DNA of 34,822 bases from Chiloscyllium plagiosum (taxonomy: Eukaryota), in assembly GCF_004010195.1 (NCBI RefSeq), contig NC_057719.1, positions 12,163,507 to 12,198,328 on the forward strand, given 5' to 3'. The position numbers were made by a program, and so were the translations under genes. Shown piece after piece: positions 1 through 10,639 of this stretch. The notes under the pieces are model-generated. The model searched no databases. It saw nothing but the letters and a program-made list of their open reading frames with translations, and was not told the DNA's origin. Position 1 is the stretch's first letter; every line of letters starts with the position of its first letter.

Positions 1-592
1 TGTGTTAGCTTTTATTGGTAGAGGGATTAAGTTTCATAGCCATGTTGCAGCTGTACAGAATTCTGGTGCAGCCACACTTGAGTATTGTGTACAGTTCTGG
101 TTGCCACATTATAGGAAGGACGTGGAAGCATTGGAAAGGCTGCAGAGGAGATTTACCAGGATGTTGCCTGGTATGGAGGAATGGTCTTACGAGGAAAGAC
201 TGAGGGACTTGAGGCTGCTTTCATTAGAGAGAAGAAGGTTAAGAAGTAACTTAATAGAGACACATAAGGGGATCAGAGGATTAGATAGGGCAGACAGTGA
301 GAGCCTTTTTCCTCAGATGGTGATGGCTAGCACGAGGGGACATTGCTTTAAATTGAGGGGGTGATAGATACAGGACAGATATCAGAGATAGGTTTGTTAC
401 TCAGAGAGTAGTTAGGACTTGGAATGCCTTGCCTGCAACAGTAGTAGACTCACCAACTTTAAGGGCATTTAAATGGTCATTGGATAAATATATGGATGAT
501 AATGGAATAGTGTAGGTTCAATGGGCTTCAGATCAGTATGACAGGTTGGTGCAACATCGAGAGTGAAAGAGCCTGTACTGTGCTGTACTGTT
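1..592 (+). mobile_element. CR1 LINE 3' end (RT C-terminus and 3' UTR)
   Basis: ORF 2..364 ([31 protein letters not shown]...LERRRLR) is the typical CR1 ORF2 tail; closely similar to 27490-28100. Confidence 0.92.
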
Positions 593-654
593 TAAAGCTC
601 TATGACTGGTTGGACTGAAGAGTCTGTTTCTGTGCTGTATGACTCTGACTCGAT

Positions 655-3420
655 AATATAGATACTGGTTATAACCTTACCAAAGGAAATCAATGTGAAC
701 TTGGCACCGTCACCTTCTACTAGAAGCATGATCAGATGTAAAGTAGAAAAATTGAATAATGATGATGGTTTGGATGATCTATTAACATTTATGGACAAAA
801 TGTACAAGAAATTAGTCTGTTAAATGCACACGAGACATGTTCAAACAATAAATTTAGAAAGTTAGATTGTTCCATTCAATAATATGTAACGGAATTTAAG
901 CAAAGTGTTCAAAATTGAAATAAACGTATATGAAAGCCCTTAGCTCAGTGCTTGTCTTTAAATTGTTGGCTGTGCTAAAGTATTGAACATGGATAGATTT
1001 CTAGCATAATGGGTCAGATTTTCAGAAAGAAGCATGCTTTTGGAGAAATGTCCAAAGCTTTAAAGCAAATTCTGGGAATTTACATTTACACAAAAGATTT
1101 GATGGTGGCAGCAATGCACAACTATCAGTTATAGACTGCAATCACCAATTTGAAAGGAGAATCATAATTAAAAGGAGTGAGGAAAGATATGCATTCAGCA
1201 ATTTTATTAATTCAGCAGGAACCGAGGAATTATAACATTAGAATAAACCTCAGGAATGGCCAGAGATAGTCAATAGCTTTCATCAATATGACGAAAAATC
1301 CTATATGTGATAAATTAATCTTAATTGGAACAATAAGGCTTTTGAAATTATGCAAGACACAGAAGATTTGCAAAGAGGTGGTGATACTGACTAGGCAGGG
1401 GCAATAGTTACAAGGAGCTTAATTCAATCCAATAGTTAAGATTTTAGTCATGGACTTAAAGATGTGGTTTTGGACAGTGGATGCATATTCCCAGTGCATC
1501 AAGCGGATTGGTTAAATTGTTACTTTGATTCTAAATAATAAAGACTGGAGGAACGTTAAGGCATTTGAGAGTTCTGCCTGCTTCACGTTTGGAAATTGTC
1601 AACATGCTTTCGTCACTCAGAAGAGTGGTGATCCTGTAAAATAGCTGTGGTTAGCTGCTTTATCAGCATAGTCATGGTGTCAAATAAAATAACTATATTG
1701 CTGAGCCGGCAGCATAGGAAAATAGCTCAAATGAAACTTGCGACGGAACACAGCAAGGCGATCATTTTTGGCAAGCCAGTGCATTTACAATTTTCACAAT
1801 CTGGATATCATCATTTCCTGTGAACTAGATCTCATGTCTCTCATCAAAATATTATGTGTCATTAGCAGCAGGCAATAAAACTTTAAAGGAAAAAAAGGTT
1901 CAAGATATCAAAGTTACATTGGCAATTTGCCCATGCATCAGCTCACAGGTTAAAGAGTCTATTAAAGGTTACAGAAGTAAGATGAGGAAACTAAATTTGT
2001 AAAGGACACCAGTGAAAAATGTGATATCTGCAAAAAAAAAACAAGACTCCATCATGGCTTATGGCGAGTCTCCCATTTAACAAAGTGTGGCCATGTGTTA
2101 AACAAAATAAAATAAAAACTGCAGAAAATTAGAGAACAGAGAGATTTGGGAGTTCACAAAATACTAGCATCCAAGTTCAGTAAAGAGCAAGGAAAGCAGA
2201 TAGAACGTTGGCCTATATTTCAAAGGAAATAGAGTAAAAAAAGTAGGGAGGTTTTGCTAAAAGTGCACAAAGCTCTAGTTCAACCACAACTGGTATATTG
2301 TGAACTGGTTTAGGCCCGTTGCCTAAGTGTAGATATATTGATATTGGACACAGTCTGGAGAAGGTTCACTGGACTGATCACAGGTATGGATGAATTGTAT
2401 TATGAGGAGAGGTTGAGTGGGTTGGGCCTGTACTCATTGGAATTTAGAAGAATTAGAGGTAACCTTATCAAACACAAGATTCTCAGGAACTTGACAGGAT
2501 AGATATAGAAAGAGGTTTCCCCTTATAGGAGAGCTCAGACCAGAGAGCATAATCTCTGAATAAGGGGTCACAATATTTGAGACAGAGACAAGGAGGAATT
2601 TCTTCAGTCAGAGGGTGGTGAATCTCTGGAATTCTTTCATGCAGGGCTGAGATAGACAGAACTTTACACAGGGAATCAAGGGTTAAAGGTAAAAGGCAAG
2701 AAAGTGAAGTTGACAATCATCAGATTAGCCATGATCTCATTGAATGGTGAGCAAACTCGATCAACTGAATGGCCTACTTCTGCTCCTATATCTTATGTTG
2801 TGCACTCTGACTAGATCAATGCTAGTTATAGTGTATTGGAGAGGAAAATGAAGAGGAGACAGACTACATTGAGGAAGTCTTAACAGCAACTAAAATATTA
2901 ACAAAATTAAGCTCAGAAAAAAGCACAGTCAAGTTTCCAGCCTTGGGTAAACCAACAGGTATGAAATCTAGCTCATTTTCCAGATACTTGACATGCCAAT
3001 CTTCTGGTAAGATATGAGAGTATATCTACGTTTGTCATTCTTGGCCAAAAGGAATAATCAATGTTGTTCATTGGGCTGGGAAACCAAGAAGATAAAATGG
3101 GTTAAAAGTACTTTATCTGCTGAAACATTGATGCTATTAGAAGCTGTAGGTACAGGGCAGTCTTTATCCAGTATTCTAAGGAAATTGCCTACAAGAGGCA
3201 ACCTCCATTATGTTGATAACCGTTCTTTTTGGGATAATGTTTATTTGACAAAAGGGCACCACTGAAAAAAAGTGAGGATTCATCTTGCAAGCATAAAGGA
3301 ATTGAGAGATAGAAAAGTCATTTGCAAAATAAAGTAGGCAGATGCAGGTCACCAGCATAATGTTTCACAATAAAAGTTAAAGGAATTATTAGAGATCCTC
3401 CAAGAGGGATATCTGGTGGC
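655..3420 (+). mobile_element. Degraded Ty1/copia LTR-retrotransposon internal region (gag-PR-INT ... RT end-RNase H), split by a CR1 fragment
   Basis: gag-like LNNDDGLDDLLTFMDKMYK (about 750-810); aspartic protease DVVLDSGC (1461-1484); integrase HHCC pieces KLHWQFAHASAHRLKSLLK (1911-1967) and EKCDICK (2014-2034); RNase H-like LGWETKKIKWVKSTLSAETLMLLEAV (ORF 3014..3265). Integrase before RT/RH is the copia order. Many stops and frameshifts. Confidence 0.75.
2130..2800 (+). mobile_element. Old CR1 LINE 3' fragment nested in the copia remnant
   Basis: Degenerate CR1 motifs (tatgaggagaggttgagt...tactcattggaatttagaagaattagaggtaacct; 3' UTR gaatggcctacttctgctcctatatcttatg). Confidence 0.8.
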
Positions 3421-3679
3421 AAACAAGTTTACATAACATAAAGAAGAGAAAATTTTGCTTTGGTTATTTTGTGGTTAAAAATGTTTAATTTTTTGAGTTA
3501 GAAAAAGGGGAATATGGAAGATTATAAAATGCACAACATCAAAAACATTATTTTTGCTTACTTTTCATTAACGTGTTTACATGTCTAAAGAGGAGAGTCA
3601 AACATGTCAGTATAGTAATGGCAAAGCTACTGAATGAGCTTAATCGAATAAGTGACTGTGTAAATACAAAATGGGAACA

Positions 3680-4320
3680 AAGGGTGGTGTAGTGTTCGCA
3701 TCACTTTCTGCACCAGAAAGTTTGGGTTCAAGTACCACCTGTCCTGGATATTATTAAAAATTATTTCAAAAGGGGTTTTGTGATGCAATAGTAGCATCCT
3801 TACCTCTGCGCCAGTTCTAGTTCTGTCTTCTATGTGGGATATGACATACCATGCCCAATCAGTTTTACTAAAAATACATGAAAAAGCTCATGCCCAGATG
3901 GTTAGACCATTGTGATAATAATGGGAGAAAGTGAGGTCTGCAGATGCTGGAGATCAGAGTCGAGAGTGTGTTGCTGGAAAAGCACAGCAGGTTGGCAGCA
4001 TCCGAGAAGGAGAATCAACATTTTGGGACGGAGCCCTTCATCAGGAATGAGGCCTCACTGTGGTAGTAATGTCAAGGACATTGGTTCAATTCCTGTCCTG
4101 GCCAGGGTCATTGCTGTGCTTCATGGGAAATGCTTACCTTCTGGATCTGTAGATGGGGCCAAATGGCTATGGCAATGGAATAAAACTCCATTGCAGTCTC
4201 CTGACATAGGCATTCCTGCCTCAGTGCCAGAAAGTCTGGGTTCAGAAAGTGAAACCTGCCCCAGAGGTGTGTCATAACATATCCGAATAGACTGCTTAAA
4301 AACATTTCATGAGAAAACAA
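3680..4320 (+). repeat. Cluster of diverged tRNA-head SINE-like units
   Basis: Three related units (about 3680-3770, 3775-3880, 4205-4310) sharing ...ccagaaagt(t/c)tgggttca...acctg.cc..ga, with A/B-box-like ggtggtgtagtg and gggttcaagtacc. A related piece lies at about 14550-14620. Confidence 0.5.
3921..4052 (-). mobile_element. Short Penelope terminal fragment with degenerate hammerhead
   Basis: Reverse complement reads cattcCTGATGAagggctccgtcccaaaatgttg...ggatgctgcc...ctccagcatctgcagacctcactttctcc, homologous to 6345-6478 and 8588-8715; the GAAA core is mutated. Confidence 0.8.
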
Positions 4321-4844
4321 GTGGTATTAAATGTGGTAGGAGCTGAGTGACTAAATAATCAATTAGCTCTATCCATCAGGACAAAGATATCAAGTTTTGT
4401 TTTATCAATAATTTCAGATCGGAGGTATGTTTTTAATTTATGCATAGAATCATAGAGTACACACAGGCCCTTCTACCTATCAAATATGCACCGACATGGG
4501 ATATGGGCTGAGCCAGCATTTACTAGCAGTCTCTAGATGTCATTGAGAAGGCAGTGATGAGTGCCTTTTTGAACAGTTCAATCTATTTGGTGTAGGTATA
4601 GCCATAATGCTGTTAGAAAGGGAACTCCAGGATTTTGACCCAGCAGCAGTGAAGGAACAGTGATATATTTCCAAGTCAGGATGCTGAGTGGCTTGGAGGG
4701 GATTTGCAAGTGGTGCCGTTCCCATTTTTTGCTGCTGCTGTCCTTCTAGATGGAAGTAGTCATGGTTTAGTAGTGGAAGGTGTGATTGTTTGTCCATGTT
4801 GTGCTAATAAAGCAGATTGCTTTGGCATGGCAAGTTAACAGTCA

Positions 4845-5081
4845 TGGATTAGTGGTGCTGGAAAAGCACAGCAGTTCAGGCAGCATCCGAGGAGCAGTAA
4901 AATCGACGTTTCGGGCAAAAGCCCTTCATCAGGAATACAGAATACAATCTGTATTCCTGATGATGGGCTTTTTCCCAAAACGTCGATTTTACTGCTCCTC
5001 GGATGCTGCCTGAACTGCTGTGCTTTTCCAGCACCACTAATCCAGAATCTGGTTTCCAGCATCTACAGTCATTGTTTTTAC
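4845..5081. mobile_element. Palindromic Penelope-derived mini-element (97-bp inverted arms plus tail) with TSD
   Basis: Arms 4845-4941 and 4948-5044 with a 6-nt spacer; unpaired tail 5045-5081; direct repeat caagttaacagtcatgg at 4831-4847 and 5082-5098. Confidence 0.88.
4901..4938 (-). ncRNA. Minimal type I hammerhead ribozyme motif (intact core)
   Basis: Minus strand: gtattc CUGAUGA a GGGC uuuu GCCC GAAA CGUC gauu. Confidence 0.72.
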
Positions 5082-5099
5082 CAAGTTAACAGTCATGGT

Positions 5100-5240
5100 C
5101 ACCAAATCAGACTCGCTTTCAATTCCAGATATAGTATTTGCATTTAAATTCCACCAGCCACCATGATGGAATTTTAACTCATGTTCCCAAAGCAGCAGCC
5201 TGGGCCTTTGGATGACTAGTCCAGTGAGAAACACCATCTA
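5100..5240 (-). mobile_element. tRNA-derived SINE head (older family); related copy at about 28640-28985
   Basis: Both share aaattccaccagc...tggga(t)tt.aactcatg..ccca.agca..agcct.g..ct..g.t.a.ta.tc.agtga. Confidence 0.6.
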
Positions 5241-5309
5241 CCTTGTCTACACATTTATGTATGGTAAAATTCCAAGATGGCCAAATGGTTAGAAACTAAA
5301 AATATGCTA

Positions 5310-6478
5310 CTGGAAAAACGTGGGAAAACCTTCCCCGTGGTTAACGATGCCTTTCAGCGCATCTCATCCACTTTACACACCACCGCTCTTGAACCCCACC
5401 CCTCCAACGCAACAAGGACAGAACCACTCCCCCGGTCCTCACCTTCCACCCCACAAACCGCCACATACAACGCATCATCCTCTGCTACTTCTGCCACCGC
5501 CAAACAGACCCCACCACCACAGACATATTTCCCTCCACACCCCTATCAGCGTTCCGAAAAAACCATTCCCTCCGCAACTCCCTCGTCAGGTCCACACCCT
5601 CCACCAGCCCACACCGCACTCCTGGCACCTTTCCCTACTACTGTAGGAAGTGCAAAACCTGCACCCACACGACTCCCCTCCCCTCCATCCAAGGCCCCAA
5701 GAGATCCTTCCACATCCGCCATAAATTTACCTGTACCTCAACCAATGTCATCTACTGCATCCATTGCACACCGTGTGGTCTCCTCTATATCGGGGAGACA
5801 GGACACCTTCTTGTGGATCGTTTCAGAGAACATCTCTGGGACACCCACACCCACCGACCCCAGCGTCCCATGGCTGAACACTTCAACTCCCCCTCCCACT
5901 TCGTCAAGACATGCAGCTCCTGGGCCTCCTCCACTGCCAAACCGTTACCACCAACCGCTTGGAGGAGGAATGCCTCATATTCAGCCTTAGGACCCTGCAA
6001 CCACATGGGATAAACGTGGATTTCAACAGCCTCGTTCCCCCTCCCCCCACATTATCCCATACCCAAGCCTCCAACTCGACACCACCCTCCAGACCTGTCC
6101 ATCACTCCCCCCTTCTCCATCACCTCATCCTCCTCACCTCATCCTCCATCACCTCATCCTGATTCTCCTGTTCCCTGGATGCTGCCTGACCTGCTGCGCT
6201 TTTCCAGCAACACATTTTCAGCTCTGATCTCCAGCATCCGCAGACCTCACTTTCTCCCCATCACCTCATCCACCTATTGCTTTCTGAGCTACCTTCCCCC
6301 AAACCCCACCCCCTCCCATTTATCTCTCAGCCTCGACCCACAAGCTTCATTCCTGACGAAGGGCTTAGGCCCGAAACATCGATTTTCCTGCTCCTCTGAC
6401 GCTGCCTGACCGGCTGTGTTTTTCCAGTACCACACTCACATCTCTGACCTCCAGCATCTGCAGATATCACTTTCTCCT
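5310..6478 (+). mobile_element. 5'-truncated Penelope-like element (Neptune type): linker, GIY-YIG endonuclease, 3' end
   Basis: About 5640-5900 reads CRKCKTC...FHIRHKFTCTSTNVIYCIHCTPCGLLYIGETGHLLVDRFREHL...MAEHFNSPSH, followed by a C-rich UTR and a hammerhead-bearing terminus. Frameshifted. Confidence 0.9.
6348..6385 (+). ncRNA. Minimal hammerhead ribozyme motif at the Penelope 3' end
   Basis: cattc CUGACGA a GGGC uuag GCCC GAAA CAUC gauuu; the ACGU palindrome seen in other copies has decayed to ACAU. Confidence 0.62.
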
Positions 6479-6599
6479 GCTGGAAAATTATGCCAAAGTT
6501 TTTGGCAAGATGACTGAGGAATTGTTTTAGTGGGGTGGGTTGGAGAGAAGAAATGCAGTGATGGTGCAGTGAGTTAGCAAAATGCTAAAGTAACTATTT

Positions 6600-6960
6600 G
6601 AAAGGCTCGAGGAGAGATAAGGAGATCCTTTGTCATCCATCGGATGATAGTGGCTTGGAACTCATGGCCTGAAAGGGTGGTGGAGGCTGAAACCCTCAAC
6701 TCAGAGGGATGTCTGGAAATGCACCTCAAATGCCGCAACCTACAAGGCTATGGACCAAATTCTAGAAAACGGGATTAGACTTGGTGGCTCATTTTTTGCC
6801 GACACATATGCAATTGCCAATGGTTAGATTTTTGACAGACAAAGAAGGCAAGGGTTATGGAGTGCAAGGAGGAAAGTGGAACTGAGCTCTTATTGAATGG
6901 TGGCGTTGTCCTGAAGGTCCAAGTGGCCTACCCTTGTTCCTATATTGCTATGGTCTCATT
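6600..6960 (+). mobile_element. Old CR1 3' UTR fragments
   Basis: tggaactcatggcctgaaagggtggtggaggc...; ttattgaatggtggcg...ctgaaggtccaagtggcctac. Confidence 0.6.
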
Positions 6961-7392
6961 CTGTGCCATAACCTTTCATGATTCTAAGCTGCTTACATTA
7001 TGGTTAACCAGAGAGGGTCTGCTGCTGTCATAAATCTCTAGTTCTCCAAACATTATCTCCAAAAATTGCTTAAAATGATTAACTTAAATATTCACAGCCA
7101 TTACTGTCTTTGAAAAATATAAAATTCTTCAGGGAGTTCACAGCATAAGTGCTGAGTTTCCTCTGTGTGGAGAATCCAGGCTGGGATCATATTGTATAAA
7201 TAAGGGATTGGCTATTAAGGAGAAATCGCTTCACTCAGGTGAATGAGAGCCTTTTAAATTCAACAGAGAACTATGGATGCTCAGGCAATAAACATATCTA
7301 AGAAATGTCTGAACATTACAGGCTGCAGGTATGGATTGTAAAGTAGAATTAAAAAATTAAAACACTTTAGAAAATTAATTAATTCTACCTAC

Positions 7393-7457
7393 CTTGTAAT
7401 CGGCCTTTGATTTACGTAGATCAGGTGCATAGCTTGTGTTGGCTGTGCCTACAACAG
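7393..7457 (-). CDS. VIPAS39: VIPAS39 fifth coding exon (65 nt), (S)VVGTANTSYAPDLRKSKADYK
   Basis: Not in the ORF track. Minus strand reads cttctttgtcag|CT GTT GTA...GAT TAC AAG|gtaggt; phase 1 to 0. Similar to recalled human [22 protein letters not shown]. I found no later exons, so they presumably lie left of the window. Confidence 0.9.
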
Positions 7458-7857
7458 CTGACAAAGAAGCATTGAAGAGCAATTACTATCATGACAAATT
7501 AACAGAAAGCAACCTCAAATTTGTTTTTAAATCTCCTTGTCCTAATGTTGAGCAGTCTCGCAGATGACAATTCCTCCACGAAAACTTGTTCATTCAGCGT
7601 TCCCAGAACAGTCTCTTGATCAGCATCCTATTCAGCACCTTAAAAGTTCATACTACTCACCACCAAAGTCACAGTGGCAGTAGAGTGGACAACACTCATG
7701 GAAACAGCATCATCGACAAGATCCCCTCCAAATGCCCCACACAACATCTAGGAACATGAAAAATCTGGAAGTCCCTCCCTAACAGCACTGTGGGTGCACC
7801 TTTTTTTAAAAAATTAATTCATTCACAGGATGAGGCAGGCTGGCTAGGCAGCACTTA

Positions 7858-7955
7858 GTCCTGATTTCTGATAAAGGACTTTGGCCCAAAACGCTGATTC
7901 TCCTGCTCCTCGGATGCTGCCTGACCTACTGTGCTTTTCCAGCGCCACACTCTCA
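7858..7955 (+). mobile_element. Degenerate short Penelope terminal fragment inside an older repeat
   Basis: ttctgataaaggactttggcccaaaacgctgattctcctgctcctcggatgctgcctgacc is homologous to the other hammerhead-bearing ends; core mutated. Confidence 0.7.
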
Positions 7956-8586
7956 AAACAGCATTCATTGTCCATCCCTAATTGCCCAGAGGGCAGTTAA
8001 GAGTCAACCACATTGCTGGTCCACCTGAAGCATGAGGACGGCAATGATGGTGGCTCAGCATCACCTTCTCAAGTGTAATTATAAATGGGCATTAAAGGTC
8101 AGTCTAGTTAGTGAGGCTTATATTACATCACTGATGTTTTTTAAAAAAGAAATTCACTCAAAGGATGGCTCCCATAGAGTCCAAGAGGGACTCTTGAGGA
8201 AATGGCAGAAGAGCTTTCTACTTTTCTGTGGAACTCAAGTGTTAACAACACGCCAACCCTCTGTCTAATTCTTCCTCCTCCCCTTTTAGATGGGGAGAAG
8301 AGAATTGCATAATCTACTCACTGTAGCACAGCAGAAATTAGACATATTCCATGCAGAGAAAGCAAAAAGTATGAAACTATATTCTATCATGCTGTCATCC
8401 CTCTGATGAGCAGTCTTCAAAAAGAAAACCAACACCCTCTCTCACCAACATTTCACATCATTTTAATTCTTCCACTTCAAAAGAGGGGCGAGCTGAGCCA
8501 GGGATCAGGATGGCCAGTGCAGTTTTTGAAGCTGATTCCATAAATAATTTTACAGGGAGTTTTGCAAGCTCCGTAGTGAAGCCATA

Positions 8587-8626
8587 AGATTCCTGAAGAA
8601 GGGCCTGTGCCCGAAACGTCGAATCT
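8587..8626 (+). ncRNA. Minimal type I hammerhead ribozyme (best-preserved copy)
   Basis: Helix I AGAUUC (8587-8592)/GAAUCU (8621-8626); core CUGAAGA (8593-8599); helix II GGGC/GCCC; GAAA (8613-8616); palindromic ACGU in place of helix III; GUC cleavage triplet (8618-8620). Confidence 0.8.
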
Positions 8627-8715
8627 CCTGTTCCCTGGATGCTGCCTGACCTGCTGTGCTGTTCCAGCAATAAAGTTTCAACTTTGATCTCCAGCATCTG
8701 CAGACCTCACTTTCT
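8588..8715 (+). mobile_element. About 128-bp Penelope terminal insertion with TSD
   Basis: Flanked by ccataag at 8582-8588 and 8716-8722; begins at the hammerhead. Confidence 0.82.
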
Positions 8716-9342
8716 CCATAAGTAAAGGCTGGCAATTAGGGGAAATTATTAAAATCTCAAGTACACAATATGAAGAACTTAGATCAATCAGGAATGAATG
8801 AATAAGCTGAGTCTACATTCTGCAGGAATGCAAAACTAGTCAGACCCATTCTGGGTCACTGAACTCAAAACATTAACTCTGTCTTCGCTCCACAGATACC
8901 ACCAAACCTGTTGAGTTTCTCCAGCAATTTCTGTTTGTGTTTGCTTTAGATCGCTAACATCCACAGTTCTTTGTTTTATTCTATTTTCTCCAGGCTGGCC
9001 TGATAGAGGCTTTTAAAGTTATATAAGGGTTTGATAGAGTAGCTGTAGTGTTTCTGAATGCAAAGGGAGCCAAAACTAGGGGCAGTAATCTAAGATTGTC
9101 ACTGATAAACCTAGGAAGAGAAACTTCTTTATTGGGAAGTGGTTAGGATGTGGAACTCGCTACCATTTGGTTGAAGCAATGAGCGTAGAAACTCATATGA
9201 GAAATTTGGATAAATACAAGGGAGAAAAGGATAGGATTTGGCAATAATGTTACATTGAAAAGGACGGGAGAAGGTTTACATGCAAAATAAACTCAAAATG
9301 GACCAACTGATCTAAATTCAATTAAACACTGGACAAACTTAC

Positions 9343-9411
9343 AATCAGAAAGTGACTGGAAATTCCCAGGCCGACCAACCCCAAATAAAGCACTCGAAGA
9401 ATCCCTTTTAC
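9343..9411 (-). CDS. VIPAS39: VIPAS39 fourth coding exon (69 nt), (G)KRDSSSALFGVGRPGNFQSLSD(S)
   Basis: Within ORF 9293..9508; ttttatttcacag| acceptor and |gtaagt donor; phase 1 to 1. RPGNFQSLSD matches recalled human RPGSFQSLSD. Confidence 0.88.
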
Positions 9412-10639
9412 CTGTGAAATAAAATAAGCCCAAAGTCAGATGAATGCAAGACAGCACAGGACTATCACTTATTACACTCATTTTACAAAAATCAGATTTA
9501 CCCATCATCGGAATAGATTGGCAGTAACAAATGTCACATTATCTTTCAGACTTTGAGATTTAACTGGATTTATACTTTAGTGGAATATCACATTTTCTGG
9601 TGATAAAACACATGCACGTGCTTTTAAAATGTGTTAAGTGACTCTCCGCTTGCCACAGATCTACTGCAATTGCATTACATCTAGTGATTTTGGCATCAGG
9701 AATAGAAATTGAAATAGCTAGCATACAGCCAAAAGCAGAGTTCACAGCATTCAAAGGTGGGTACATTAAGGATTCCACTTAAGAACAGATTGATGACTCT
9801 ACATCCCAATCTATTCTGAAAAGCCAGGCAATGAAGGATACAACTAGAGCAAATCTTTATGTACTTTTACAAGCTCAATATTCATAGAGATACACATTCC
9901 AAGCATGCGCTTCCAAACCCAATCACCACTGTTTCAGTCATTACTATTTACCTGCATTCCCAGTTAATGCTCTATCTGCATACAATTAAACACAATTAGT
10001 ATACATTGGAGATCAACCTCCTCAACTATTTCCACTTGCTGAATGATATATACAAAGCACTTCTGGGGTGTGACTGCTTGTATGTTGTCGAAAATAACTT
10101 GAATTCATTCAATGCCCTTAAGGGAGAAAAACCTTCCAATACACTTCACAAGTGCAAAATTTTCCAAAAAGACATTCAAACATTTGTGACATCAGTCACA
10201 CAAGGAGATATTAGGAAAAGTGACCAAAGCTTAGTCAAAAGTGACAGGTCCTCAGGAATATTAAAAAAGAGCAGATAAATCAAGAGACAGTGAACTTACG
10301 GAGGGAATGACAGAGCAATGAAAATTGGGATAAGAAAGAGACCTGAATTAAGTCAGTGCTGAGGGTTGTGAGGCTGGAGCAGATCACAGATACAGCAAGA
10401 AACATTTAAACACGTGAACAAGAATTTAAAGTCACGATGTTGGCAGACAGGAGCCAATCCAGGTCTGCAAGCACAAGGTAGATGGGGGAATGGGACTTGG
10501 TGCAAAGGGAACTGGCAGTGAAGTTTTGGTTCCCATTACTGTTTGAATACAGTGAACATCCAGACTCACACAAAGGACAGCATCTTGAGTTGGGATATTG
10601 GAAGACACTAAGAGCCTGCACGACTTAAAGGGATTCAAA

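Noticed and set aside
4135..4205. Minus-strand exon-like segment with strong AAG|gtaagc donor
   Set aside because: The translation does not resemble the expected next VIPAS39 exon (DYSNDWSP...RKGK), and it lies among repeats.
4418..4424. Plus-strand 7-nt microexon-like pattern (tttcag ATCGGAG gtatgt)
   Set aside because: Antisense to VIPAS39 with no partner exons; plausible by chance.
5277..5990. 237-aa Pro/Ser/Thr-rich ORF starting MAKW (superficially like the AHSA1 start)
   Set aside because: It is an alternative frame of the C-rich Penelope sequence, and the similarity to AHSA1 stops after four residues.
8855..8980. Possible third hammerhead family (gggtcactgaactcaaaacattaac...)
   Set aside because: It resembles another Penelope terminus, but the CUGANGA and GAAA cores are not intact.
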